Below, piece by piece: positions 9,392-18,763 of a stretch of DNA of 44,316 nt. This DNA is from Gemmatimonadota bacterium (GTDB lineage Bacteria; Gemmatimonadota; Gemmatimonadetes; Palauibacterales; KS3-K002): positions 1-44,316 of the forward strand of contig JBDHJS010000041.1 in assembly GCA_039586795.1 (NCBI GenBank). Direction: 5' to 3'. Numbering within the stretch: the first letter of the stretch is position 1; each line of letters starts with the position of its first letter. The notes beneath the pieces were generated by a model. The model was not told the origin of the DNA, searched no databases, and was given only the letters and a program-made list of their open reading frames with translations. The position numbers and the translations under genes are program-made.

Positions 9392-10387
9392 ATGCCCTGG
9401 ACCGTAAGTGATGCATGCCCGGCTGAATGGCCGAGGCTGATCGAGGAATGTGGTGGCGGATTCCATCATTCGCCGGCCTGGTTGCGCGTAAGCCGGCGTG
9501 ACGGAATTCCAGTGTACCTGCAATATGTATCGGAACGTGGCACGGAAGGCATCGCGTTAGGTCTGCGCCTTCGAAGTCGAATCAGTAAGGCGTATTACTT
9601 TCCTTCCCTCCCAGCGCTGAACGGCTGTGATCTTCCCAATCAGGCTCTGCTGGAGTTAATGGATTGTCTGCGGAAAGGTGGAACGTCGTTCCTCCGGTTC
9701 GGTTCGTCAGAGGCGAACTGGCTGCCGGATCCGTCGATACCGACGAACGGTTGGCCGAGACTGGAGTACACGGTGGACATCTCGATCGACCCGGAAGAGC
9801 TGATGAAGAGCTTTGGGTCGACGCATCGTCGGCACTTGCGGCGTGGTATCCGTGAAGGTTGGCAACTGTGTCAGCTGGAGGGTGAGGAAGCTGTTGACCT
9901 GCTGCACGATGTGAGGACGTTGGCGTCCGATCGAGCGGTGGAGCGCGGCGACGGCTTTGCGGTTCGTGACCCGATGGAGAGCCTGGCCGAACAGTCGGAG
10001 GATCTGAACGCCGATTGGGGCGTGAGGACATTTGCGGTGTGCGACGGCGACGAACCGCTGGCGGCGGCTCTGGTTGGCTGGGCAGGTCGGCGCGTGTATT
10101 TCGTGGCCGGCGGATCGACACCGGAAGGCTATCGACGGAGTGCGGCGGTATGGCTGCACTGGTCGATCATGCGTGAGTTCGCGGAGCAAGGCTTTCTCAT
10201 TTATAACCTTGGTGGCACACCCGAAGCCGCTGAGGAGCCGGACCATCCGGCCCACGGTCTTTATCGATTCAAGAAAGGCTTTGGCCCCCAGATGGCCCGT
10301 CGTCGTGGTGCTCACCTGGTGTCATCCCCGATGCGAGTGCGCGCCCACCAATTGCTCCGGTCACTGAAGCAGGCATTGTCGGTCTAG
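9392..10387 (+). CDS. FemABX-like GNAT family acyl/aminoacyl transferase
   Basis: 'STHRRHLRRG' helix, 'LHWSIMRE', 'YNLGG...GLYRFKKGFG' C-terminal motif of FemAB/Acetyltransf_6-type proteins. Confidence 0.8.
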   Translation: MPWTVSDACPAEWPRLIEECGGGFHHSPAWLRVSRRDGIPVYLQYVSERGTEGIALGLRLRSRISKAYYFPSLPALNGCDLPNQALLELMDCLRKGGTSFLRFGSSEANWLPDPSIPTNGWPRLEYTVDISIDPEELMKSFGSTHRRHLRRGIREGWQLCQLEGEEAVDLLHDVRTLASDRAVERGDGFAVRDPMESLAEQSEDLNADWGVRTFAVCDGDEPLAAALVGWAGRRVYFVAGGSTPEGYRRSAAVWLHWSIMREFAEQGFLIYNLGGTPEAAEEPDHPAHGLYRFKKGFGPQMARRRGAHLVSSPMRVRAHQLLRSLKQALSV

Positions 10388-10472
10388 CATCCCCGAGGCG
10401 GAAAGATCGACAGAATGGTGCCTCGCTTCGGGGGCGCGTGGTGAATTGTCGGTTTGAAAGGCGCGGTTCGGA

Positions 10473-12353
10473 ATGAGTGGAATTACCGGAGTGATCTTCG
10501 AGCACACGAGACCAGACCTCGCTTCTCTGGTAGACTCGATGTCATCGACGTTGCGGCATCGGGGGAGCATTGAGGAGAGAGTGGTGCTCGAAAACCGGAT
10601 CGCGTTGGTGGCAAGAAGCGATCAGGACGCCGGCTACCGGTCGTATCAATGGGATGATCCTGAACAAGTCACGGTGTTTGATGGTTGGCTGTCGAACGCG
10701 CACTACCTGGGTAAGCGTTATGGCGTTGTAGATACATCCAACCACGCCGGGGTTGTAGCCGCCGGATACAAAGCAGACGGAATCGACATAGTCAAGAAGC
10801 TCGAAGGTAGCTTCGCGCTGTTGATCCTGCATCGTGATGGCAGCGACAGGGTGGTTCTCGCGCGGGACATGTTTGCGAGTCGTCCACTGTACTACGCGGT
10901 CCAAAATGGGTGCTTGTGGTTCGGCACCGAAGTCAAGGCCATTCTGCAGGACCGAGCGTTCAAGAGAGAAATCGCCAGCGAAGCGTTTTCTCAGATACTC
11001 GCTTACGGAACGTCCGTCGGTCCGGAGACGCCATTCAAGGACATGTGGAAGGTCATTCCGGGCCAGTATGTGACGGGCATCGCCGGGCAGCGCTTAAGCG
11101 CCGAGTGGTACTGCGTGCAGGATGATCCGCAAGTGCGTGACCGAAAGGAAAGCGAGTGGGCGCTCGACATCTGGGATACCCTGGTCGAGACAGCGGGTCA
11201 GCACTGCCTTCGGTGCCCCGATTCCGGCATACTGCTCTCCGGTGGAGTGGACTCGTCATTGATCGCGCTGGCGGTTGCGGAAAGCACCTGCAGACACGCG
11301 TCGGCGATCAGTGTTGGTTCGCCGAACTGGAGCGACGACGAGACGGAATACGCTCGGGAAATCGCGTCGCACTGCGGCCTGAGGTCTCAAACGATCAGAA
11401 TCGACGCTGACGACAAACTTCTCGACGCGCTTGTCGGAGCGATCTGGAAGCTGGAAGAGCCAACCCGATTCTATAACGCCATCCCTCTGGAGTTCGCGGT
11501 TACCAAAAACGAGGGTAACCTGCGCGCGTTCTTCACTGGTGAAGGTGCAGATATGATGTTCGGTAGCCCGGCCCACGAGCAGGCGGCTTGGATCCTTCGG
11601 CTGAACAGTCTTCCTGGGTGGGCATCCAACGCGCTCCGCAACCTTCCGTCGATCGCCCATCGCATTCCGCGCTTCGGCCAAGCCCTCAGGAACCTCCAGC
11701 GAATGCACACGCGGTTTGATTCGATTCAGACGTTTGCCGTGAGGGGCCACATTTTCAATACGGAGATCGTCGGACCCGACGTTGAAGGGGCGGTGCCGGC
11801 GCATGTGCATGACCTTGCGGCGCGCATCGCCGGCTGGCCGGCCGATATCCAGACCACCTTCATCATCCTTCTCGGCCTGGCGTACAACTGGAATGAGCGG
11901 TTCGAGAAGATCGGCGCCTACAGCCAGATCGACATGTTTCACCCATTCTTCACGCACGAGATGCTGGCGTTGAGCAAGCAGATGCCGGTGAAGCACAAGG
12001 TGAAGGATCACAAGGGCAAGCCGCTTCTGAGAAAGATAGTCGGGGACAGGCTGTCACCGGAGGTGCCGCGCCGGCGGAAGATACAATTGTCGGCGCCGAT
12101 GTGGGCGTGGTGGACGGAGTCGAGCGAGTTGCGTGATGCCGTGATGCAACTGAGAGATCCTGCCAGCCCGGTGCGCGAGTTTCTAAACGTGAAGGCTATG
12201 GACGGCGCATTGAAGGAGTATGAAGCCGGCAAGGTAGAAAACGCACGGCTTTCCAGGATGTTGTTCATCATGTTGGGTCTCGATCTGTGGCTCAAGATGT
12301 TCGCCGACGGACAAGATGTGGCCCGGCTGAATGGATCGCGCCCGTCAAGATGA
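10473..12353 (+). CDS. Asparagine synthetase B-like amide ligase 1 (N-terminal Cys replaced by Ser)
   Basis: MSGITG, HRG, LARD..RPLYY, PP-loop LLSGGVDSS, TGEGAD, KPLLR, RRK. Confidence 0.85.
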   Translation: MSGITGVIFEHTRPDLASLVDSMSSTLRHRGSIEERVVLENRIALVARSDQDAGYRSYQWDDPEQVTVFDGWLSNAHYLGKRYGVVDTSNHAGVVAAGYKADGIDIVKKLEGSFALLILHRDGSDRVVLARDMFASRPLYYAVQNGCLWFGTEVKAILQDRAFKREIASEAFSQILAYGTSVGPETPFKDMWKVIPGQYVTGIAGQRLSAEWYCVQDDPQVRDRKESEWALDIWDTLVETAGQHCLRCPDSGILLSGGVDSSLIALAVAESTCRHASAISVGSPNWSDDETEYAREIASHCGLRSQTIRIDADDKLLDALVGAIWKLEEPTRFYNAIPLEFAVTKNEGNLRAFFTGEGADMMFGSPAHEQAAWILRLNSLPGWASNALRNLPSIAHRIPRFGQALRNLQRMHTRFDSIQTFAVRGHIFNTEIVGPDVEGAVPAHVHDLAARIAGWPADIQTTFIILLGLAYNWNERFEKIGAYSQIDMFHPFFTHEMLALSKQMPVKHKVKDHKGKPLLRKIVGDRLSPEVPRRRKIQLSAPMWAWWTESSELRDAVMQLRDPASPVREFLNVKAMDGALKEYEAGKVENARLSRMLFIMLGLDLWLKMFADGQDVARLNGSRPSR

Positions 12354-12429
12354 ACGCACGGCCGTCGTCACTGGACCCGCGCATTCTAGGGGGTGCAGTG
12401 CGAACGATCCTTTGTGAGGCGCGAGAAAA

Positions 12430-14316
12430 ATGAGCGGCATTGCGGGAGTGGTCTTCAAGCAACCGAGGTCGGAAGTACCTGCGACGCTCAATCGGATGTC
12501 GTTGGCGCTGAAGCATCGAGGCAATGACGAGGATCGATTTGTTCTTGACGACCGCATCGCTCTCGCGACACGTGGTGAACCAGACGCTGGATACCGGGCC
12601 TGCCTCAACGATGACAACGAATACATCACGGCGTTCGACGGCTGGCTCTCAAACAGCGACGAGTTGATAACGAGGTACGGACTGGAAGCTTCCGCGGATT
12701 TCGCCCGGATCGTAGCGGCGGGGTATCGCGCTGATGGCGAAGGGGTGTTTGCCAAACTGCGGGGGAGCTTCGCGCTCGTCATCGTTCGCCGGGATGGGAG
12801 CGATGAGGTCCTGCTGGCGCGGGATCTGTTTGCGGGTCGCTCTTTGTACTACGCGGTGCAAGGAGAGCGTCTGTGGTTCGCCTCTGACATAAGAGCGATT
12901 CTCAAGGATCCCACGTTCAACAGAGACGTCGCGGTCGACGCGCTTCCTCAGATCATGGCGTTCGGGGCCAGCATGGGGCCAGAAACGCCCTTCAAAGATG
13001 TGATGAAGGTCATCCCCGGACAGTGGTTGAAGGGCGTACCGTGGCGACGGTTGGGATACGACTGGTTTTGTCTTCCGGAGAATCTGGACATCGCCAACAA
13101 GAGCGAGAGCGCCTGGGCTCGCGACATATGGGGTGATCTCAACGAAGCCATCCTGAGGGACAACGGATTGTCCCGGGGGGCGGGCGTGATGCTGTCAGGC
13201 GGAGTGGATTCCTCGCTGCTCGCCCTGGCGCTTGCCGAAAGCAAGGGAAGGGGCCTGCCGGCGGTCACGATAGGGGCTCGTGATTGGAAGAACGACGAGA
13301 CGATACCGGCGTGCGACGTCGCGAACCATTGTGGGCTCGTCCATAGACCGGTCTACATCGCACCGGATTCTGGAGTGCTGGACGCGCTGGCGGAAGCGAT
13401 CTGGAGACTCGAGGAGCCGACTCGGTTCTACAACTCGATTTCGCTGAGCATGGCGCTCGATATCCTGTCCGGCGAGCTGCGCGGCCTGTACACGGGAGAG
13501 GGCGCGGACTTGCTGCTGGGTAGTCGAAGCAGCGAACGAGGCCACTGGGTACAGCGGTTGAACAGCCAGCCGAGGTGGATCGCGAGTAGCCTTCGAAACA
13601 TCCCGGACTTCATGCTCAAGGCCCCACGCATCGGGTCCGTGGTGGGCAATCTCCGGCGAATGATCCGACAGTACGACTCGGTCGCGGATTACACGTACAA
13701 CAGTTTTCTGTTCAATCCGGAGATCTTGAACCCGCCGTATGAAGTGGTGCTGCCGCCTCATTTGCAGGAGCTGCAAGAACGCGTGAGCGAGTGGTCCGGC
13801 GATGTGCAGGATATGCTGCTCAACATGCTTGGCCTAGGCCATTGCTGGAATGAACGCTTTGAAAAGATCGGCGCCCATTCACGGATCGACGTATTCAATC
13901 CGTATCAGACGCACAGCCTGTTTCGGTTGGGCCTTCAGATGCCGTTGAGAAGGAAGTACTCGAGACGCGGCAGCAAGCCCGTGCTCAGGCGTATGGTGAG
14001 CGAGAAGATTTCGCCGAGCATAGCACGGCGACGCAAGATACAGTTGTCGGTGCCGATGCGATCGTGGTGGAACGAGTCGAACGATTTACGCGCGGCAGTC
14101 TCTGCCCTGAAAGATCCCAACAATCGTGTGCGAGAGTATCTCGATGGAGAAGTGATGGATCGTGCCCTCGAGGAATTCGAGTCTGGCCCGGTCGATAACG
14201 CATGGCTATCGAGGAACCTGTTCAGCATGGTCGGCCTGGATCTCTGGCTGAGGACGTTCATCGACACACAGGCCCCTTGTCGGCTCGATGTGTCGAATGT
14301 TGGTGTAGGTGCATGA
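12430..14316 (+). CDS. Asparagine synthetase B-like amide ligase 2 (paralog; N-terminal Cys replaced by Ser)
   Basis: MSGIAG, LSGGVDSS, TGEGAD; colinear with the upstream paralog (shared AIWxLEEPTRFYN, WNERFEKIGA, RRRKIQLS). Confidence 0.85.
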   Translation: MSGIAGVVFKQPRSEVPATLNRMSLALKHRGNDEDRFVLDDRIALATRGEPDAGYRACLNDDNEYITAFDGWLSNSDELITRYGLEASADFARIVAAGYRADGEGVFAKLRGSFALVIVRRDGSDEVLLARDLFAGRSLYYAVQGERLWFASDIRAILKDPTFNRDVAVDALPQIMAFGASMGPETPFKDVMKVIPGQWLKGVPWRRLGYDWFCLPENLDIANKSESAWARDIWGDLNEAILRDNGLSRGAGVMLSGGVDSSLLALALAESKGRGLPAVTIGARDWKNDETIPACDVANHCGLVHRPVYIAPDSGVLDALAEAIWRLEEPTRFYNSISLSMALDILSGELRGLYTGEGADLLLGSRSSERGHWVQRLNSQPRWIASSLRNIPDFMLKAPRIGSVVGNLRRMIRQYDSVADYTYNSFLFNPEILNPPYEVVLPPHLQELQERVSEWSGDVQDMLLNMLGLGHCWNERFEKIGAHSRIDVFNPYQTHSLFRLGLQMPLRRKYSRRGSKPVLRRMVSEKISPSIARRRKIQLSVPMRSWWNESNDLRAAVSALKDPNNRVREYLDGEVMDRALEEFESGPVDNAWLSRNLFSMVGLDLWLRTFIDTQAPCRLDVSNVGVGA

Positions 14317-15557
14317 TGGCGAATGGTCTGGCAGAACGCGTCAAACGCTTGGAAGACCCGGCCACTGCCGTCGTACTCGACGGACGTGGACTGGCCGACT
14401 TGGGCGTTGTGCGTTCACTGGGCCGCGTGGGTGTAGAGGTGTGGCTGGCCGGTCCAGCGCGAAGGGCCGTGGCTGCGGCGAGTCGCTACGTCAGTAGGCG
14501 GGTGCTCATGCCGCCGGTGCACAAGGATCCAGAAGGGTACGTCGGCGCGCTTGCCAGCTGGTGTGCTGACCAGTCGAAGAGACTGGCTCTCTACTGCACC
14601 GGAGATCTGACTACCAGCGCAGTCTCGAAGTACCGATGCATGCTGCCGGCCAACGTCTCACACCACCTTGCTGACGCTGAGCTGGTGAGCACCTGCCTAT
14701 CGAAGTCGGACTTCGCGGAGCTCGCGGCCGAGCGAGGTTTCCCCGTTCCGCAAAGTCGGTGGTGTTCCGACCGTGACTCTCTCCGGCGCGCTTTGGAAGA
14801 GCTCGGGTCGCCCGTCTTTGTGAAGCCCGACAACCGGCACAAGCTATGGACAGGAGATGCGGCCGTTCGTCGTGCTGTGAACGGAACAAAGGGCTTCGTT
14901 GTGAACGGGCTCGATAACGTTCCAGCTGCAGTTGAGTTGTCCCTCGAACACGGATTCAGCTGGGTCGTACAGCAATACATCCCGGGGGATGCGCGTGATC
15001 TGACATCGGTGCACGTCTACCGGAGCCTGTCGGGTGACTGGATGCAATCCTTCGTAGGCCAGAAGCTACGCACGGCCCCCCCGGTGCACGGCGTGGGTGT
15101 GCTCGTACGCAGTCGCGAGGATTCTGAGGCGGCCGAGTTGGCCGAGGGGCTGCTCGTCCAATCAGACTATCGCGGGTATGCGCTGCTGCAGTTCAAGCGT
15201 CACCCGGGCAGCGGCGACTTGCAGTTGATCGAGATCAACCCGAGATACAGCACGTGGTGCGAGCTGGCGCTGGATGCCGGAGTGAACCTGCCTGGATACG
15301 CCTACCTGGACCAGCACGACGCGTTGAACGGCGTGAAGCCCGTGCCACAGAAGGATGACCTTTACTGGTGGAACGTATCGGGCGATTTGTCGAATCTGAA
15401 GCGGGCGGAGGCCTCGTGGTCGCAGCGGCTTGGGTTCCTCCGCCTGTCAAGCAGGTGGCCGGCGTTCGCGCGTTTACGCTTGGATGACCCGCGGCCCGCC
15501 CTGGCGCGCCTGTCCTGGGCAACGCACAGCAACTCGTGGGAGTCGGCGCGATCGTGA
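14313..15557 (+). CDS. ATP-grasp carboxylate-amine ligase (D-aspartate ligase/EPS-associated type)
   Basis: ATGA overlap with upstream stop; LGVVRSLG, SRY, PVFVKP, VQQYIPG, FKRHP..LIEINPR, AGVNLP. Confidence 0.82.
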   Translation: MMANGLAERVKRLEDPATAVVLDGRGLADLGVVRSLGRVGVEVWLAGPARRAVAAASRYVSRRVLMPPVHKDPEGYVGALASWCADQSKRLALYCTGDLTTSAVSKYRCMLPANVSHHLADAELVSTCLSKSDFAELAAERGFPVPQSRWCSDRDSLRRALEELGSPVFVKPDNRHKLWTGDAAVRRAVNGTKGFVVNGLDNVPAAVELSLEHGFSWVVQQYIPGDARDLTSVHVYRSLSGDWMQSFVGQKLRTAPPVHGVGVLVRSREDSEAAELAEGLLVQSDYRGYALLQFKRHPGSGDLQLIEINPRYSTWCELALDAGVNLPGYAYLDQHDALNGVKPVPQKDDLYWWNVSGDLSNLKRAEASWSQRLGFLRLSSRWPAFARLRLDDPRPALARLSWATHSNSWESARS

Positions 15558-16594
15558 GCGAGTCGATCGTGTTTGGCGAGTCGGATGGTGGGATCCCGGT
15601 AGCCGTGATCAGAGGAGGAACGAGTCGCGGAGTGTTCTTCCGGGCCGAGGATCTACCGGCCGAACAAGAAGAGCGGCAAGCGACCATCCTGCGCGTGTTT
15701 GGAGGTCAAGCGAAACTGCTCGCCGATGGCCTCGGTGGAGAGAACCCGGTGCTGAGGAAGGTTGCGATAGTGAGTTCGGGAGCACCGGATGCTCAGGGAA
15801 ACGCGAGCCTGGGGTACGTGTTTGGGCAGGTCAATCACGACCTTCGCTGTGTAGAGTATTCCAATGAGTGCGGTAATACGGCTGCGGGTGTTCCGTTGTT
15901 CGGGTCACTCTTCGGTTGGTGCCCGCCTCCCGGTTCGCGCGGCGCGATCGCGGTGAAATTGGCGAATACCGGAAAAGAAATGCTCGCCGAGTGGAAGGAC
16001 GGCCACGGTCTTGGCGGCGAACTGCGACTGAGCTTCGTTGGGCCGGTTCGCGCGAGCGCCGAAGACGCGCTGGTCCTCGGTGAGCCGGAGAGCGTGTTGC
16101 AACTGGGTGGCAGTAGGCGCGTACGGCTGAGCGCGCTGACGGCGCTCAACGACTATGTGTTCGTGGATAGTGGCGATCTAGGAATCGCCGGTCTGGGTGC
16201 CGCCGACGGCTTGGGGCCTGATGAGTATGAGCAGCTGCGCGAGATTTCCGATTTTGTGCGCGAACGACTTCCGGAGGCCGTGTCTTTGAAGTTGTGCCTG
16301 GTCGCCCCTGCCGAACGCTCAGGCGCGCTTCGGGCTCGTATCGTCTACCCGACCGAAGGGCGCAGTCATCCGAGTTTCGCGGTCACGGGCGCGACGACGC
16401 TGGCGGTGGCGAGCTGCATTGAGGGGACGGTGGTGCAAAGACTGTCAGGAAGAACGACCGACGCGAATAGCATTACGATTCACCATGCCAGCGGGCAGCT
16501 GCCCGTTTCGTGGGATTCGAGAGAAGATGGGCTGCCGGACCGCGTGCACATCGATCGTACATGTCGTCTGATCATGCGAGGCTTTGCCTACTAA
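15554..16594 (+). CDS. PrpF-family isomerase (diaminopimelate epimerase-like fold)
   Basis: GTGA overlap; IRGGTSRGVFF, KVAIV, ECGN (catalytic Cys), HPSFAVTG, RTCRLIMRG. Confidence 0.82.
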   Translation: MSESIVFGESDGGIPVAVIRGGTSRGVFFRAEDLPAEQEERQATILRVFGGQAKLLADGLGGENPVLRKVAIVSSGAPDAQGNASLGYVFGQVNHDLRCVEYSNECGNTAAGVPLFGSLFGWCPPPGSRGAIAVKLANTGKEMLAEWKDGHGLGGELRLSFVGPVRASAEDALVLGEPESVLQLGGSRRVRLSALTALNDYVFVDSGDLGIAGLGAADGLGPDEYEQLREISDFVRERLPEAVSLKLCLVAPAERSGALRARIVYPTEGRSHPSFAVTGATTLAVASCIEGTVVQRLSGRTTDANSITIHHASGQLPVSWDSREDGLPDRVHIDRTCRLIMRGFAY

Positions 16595-16631
16595 ACTGGC
16601 TCCCGAAGCACCCCCCGACTAACTTTGATAC

Positions 16632-17441
16632 ATGAAGTGCTCCGATTTCCGGGCGGCCGCGTTTCTGCCGATCGTGCTTCTCGTGCTGTTCGCGGCCACA
16701 GGTTGCCGTGGGGAGCTCCCGACCACCGAGGAGCGAGATACGGTCGTTCTCCTTCATGGTCTTGGGCGAAGCGACATGTCGATGCGGCGGATGGAGAGAA
16801 GGCTCGTTGAGTCAGGCTACACGGTTCTGAATGTGGGCTACTCGTCGACGGAACATTCCATTGAGCACATTTCGGAAACTGAGTTGCGTCCGGCGTTGCT
16901 GGAGTGCTGCAGCCATCCGGAGCTGCGAGTTCATTTCGTAACGCACTCGATGGGCGGAATCGTGGTTCGCTACTACCTGGCGCATCATGAAATGAACAAT
17001 CTAGGCCGTGTAGTGATGCTGAGTCCGCCGAACCAGGGGAGCGAGCTGGCGGACTGGGTCGCGGAGAACGAATTCCTCGGTAGACTTCTGGGCCCGTCGG
17101 CCGAGCAGCTGGGGACGGATTCGACGAGCGTGCCCAACCAACTGGGAGCGGTGGATTTCGAAGTTGGCATCATAACAGGTAACCGAACGCTGAACCCGCT
17201 CTACTCTGGGATCATACCCGGAGAGGACGATGGAAAGGTGTCGGTGGAGCGTGCAAAGGTGGAAGGCATGGCGGACTTTCTCATTGTGCCGCACACTCAC
17301 ACCTACATCATGCTGGCTGAAGACGTGGCCTACCAAACGGTGTACTTCCTACAGAACGGCGAGTTTGACCGCAGTGAGGAAGGGGACGCAGATCGGGAAG
17401 GGGCCGCAAGCGCGGACTCGGTACCGGGAGAAGAGGAGTAA
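16632..17441 (+). CDS. Alpha/beta hydrolase (lipase/esterase-like), probable lipoprotein
   Basis: Lipobox-like FAATGC; LLHGL, THSMGG, PPNQGS, DDGKV, HT motifs. Confidence 0.85.
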   Translation: MKCSDFRAAAFLPIVLLVLFAATGCRGELPTTEERDTVVLLHGLGRSDMSMRRMERRLVESGYTVLNVGYSSTEHSIEHISETELRPALLECCSHPELRVHFVTHSMGGIVVRYYLAHHEMNNLGRVVMLSPPNQGSELADWVAENEFLGRLLGPSAEQLGTDSTSVPNQLGAVDFEVGIITGNRTLNPLYSGIIPGEDDGKVSVERAKVEGMADFLIVPHTHTYIMLAEDVAYQTVYFLQNGEFDRSEEGDADREGAASADSVPGEEE

Positions 17442-17443
17442 TC

Positions 17444-18763
17444 ATCTCGACGGAAGGCGGAGCACCTCGGGCGCTTGGCCTCTGGAGGAGCACGGCCCTC
17501 GTTACCGGCAACATGGTCGGTTCGGGGGTCTTTCTGCTCCCGGCGGCGCTAGCGGCTTTCGGTGGCATCAGCATGGTTGGTTGGCTGTTCAGCGCGACGG
17601 GCGCGATACTGGTCGCCTTGACGCTGAGCCGCTTGAGCCGGCTGGTGACGAAGGTTGGCGGGCCTTACGCGTACGCGCAGCGAGGGTTCGGCGACTTCGT
17701 GGGCTTCCTGGTGGCGTGGGGTTACTGGATCTCGATTTGGGCGGGCAACGCGGCGATTGCGGTCGCCTTCGCCGGATACCTGGGAGTGATCGTCCCTGGC
17801 GTCTCCCGAAGTGTGATGGCCGCAGCGATAACGGCATCGGCGGCAATCTGGTTTCTGACCTGGGTCAACGCGAGTGGAATTCGAAACGCAGGAATCCTCC
17901 AGCTTGTCGCCACGGTGTTGAAGCTGCTGCCGCTGATTGCGGTCGGGACGATCGGCTTGCTGTACATCGAACCGAGCAATTTCACCCCGTTCAATCTCAG
18001 TGGGCAATCCACGTTCTCCGCCATCACGGGCACGGCGACGCTGACGCTGTGGGCCTTCCTGGGGTTGGAGTCGGCCACTATTCCGGCGGACGACGTGGTT
18101 GACCCGGAGAGAACGATTTCGCGAGCGACGATAATGGGTACGTTGGTCGCCGCGCTGGTCTACATCCTGGGTTCGCTGGCGATCATGGGAGTTGTCCCCG
18201 CGGTCGATCTTTCCGTATCGCAAGCGCCTTACGCGGACGCGGCAAGCGCGATGTGGGGGGGATGGGCGTCGTATGCGGTAGCCGCCGGCGCGGCCATCTC
18301 GTGCTTCGGCGCGCTCAACGGCTGGGTACTGCTTTCAGGGCAAATGACACTGGCCATCGCAAAGGACGGACTGTTTCCACAGGCGTTCGCGCATCGGTCT
18401 GGCCGCAACGTTCCGCTCGTGGGTCTGGTCGTTTCCAGCGTGTTGGCGACGGGGCTAATCTTCATGAACTACACGCGCGGGTTCGTCGCGCTGTACACGT
18501 TCATCATCCTAATCGCCACATTGACTACACTGGTGCCTTACGTCTTCTGCTCGTTGGTCGAGTTGCTGATTCGGCCGACAGCGGTTCTACGTCGGGGGCT
18601 GCCAGCCGCGTGGACGGCGATTCCGATACTGGCGTTCATCTATTCCATATGGACGATCGCGGGGTCGGGGCGAGATACGGTCTTTTGGGGGTTTCTGCTG
18701 CTACTGGCCGGGATCCCGGTCTATGTTTGGAACAAGTGGCGCCGCGGCGGCGTGGGGGCGTAG
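17444..18763 (+). CDS. APC family amino acid permease/antiporter (AdiC/PotE-like)
   Basis: LGLWRSTALVTGNMVGSGVF TM1 motif begins upstream of ATG 17513; GGPYAY, LWAFLGLESA; start assigned to ATC 17444 after SD GAGGAG. Confidence 0.85.
   Translation: MSTEGGAPRALGLWRSTALVTGNMVGSGVFLLPAALAAFGGISMVGWLFSATGAILVALTLSRLSRLVTKVGGPYAYAQRGFGDFVGFLVAWGYWISIWAGNAAIAVAFAGYLGVIVPGVSRSVMAAAITASAAIWFLTWVNASGIRNAGILQLVATVLKLLPLIAVGTIGLLYIEPSNFTPFNLSGQSTFSAITGTATLTLWAFLGLESATIPADDVVDPERTISRATIMGTLVAALVYILGSLAIMGVVPAVDLSVSQAPYADAASAMWGGWASYAVAAGAAISCFGALNGWVLLSGQMTLAIAKDGLFPQAFAHRSGRNVPLVGLVVSSVLATGLIFMNYTRGFVALYTFIILIATLTTLVPYVFCSLVELLIRPTAVLRRGLPAAWTAIPILAFIYSIWTIAGSGRDTVFWGFLLLLAGIPVYVWNKWRRGGVGA

Noticed and set aside
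9148..16594. Lasso peptide or graspetide RiPP cluster
   Set aside because: No B1/RRE or B2 transglutaminase-like protease, and no precursor with a lasso leader or graspetide core repeats was seen; the ATP-grasp resembles the carboxylate-amine ligase type
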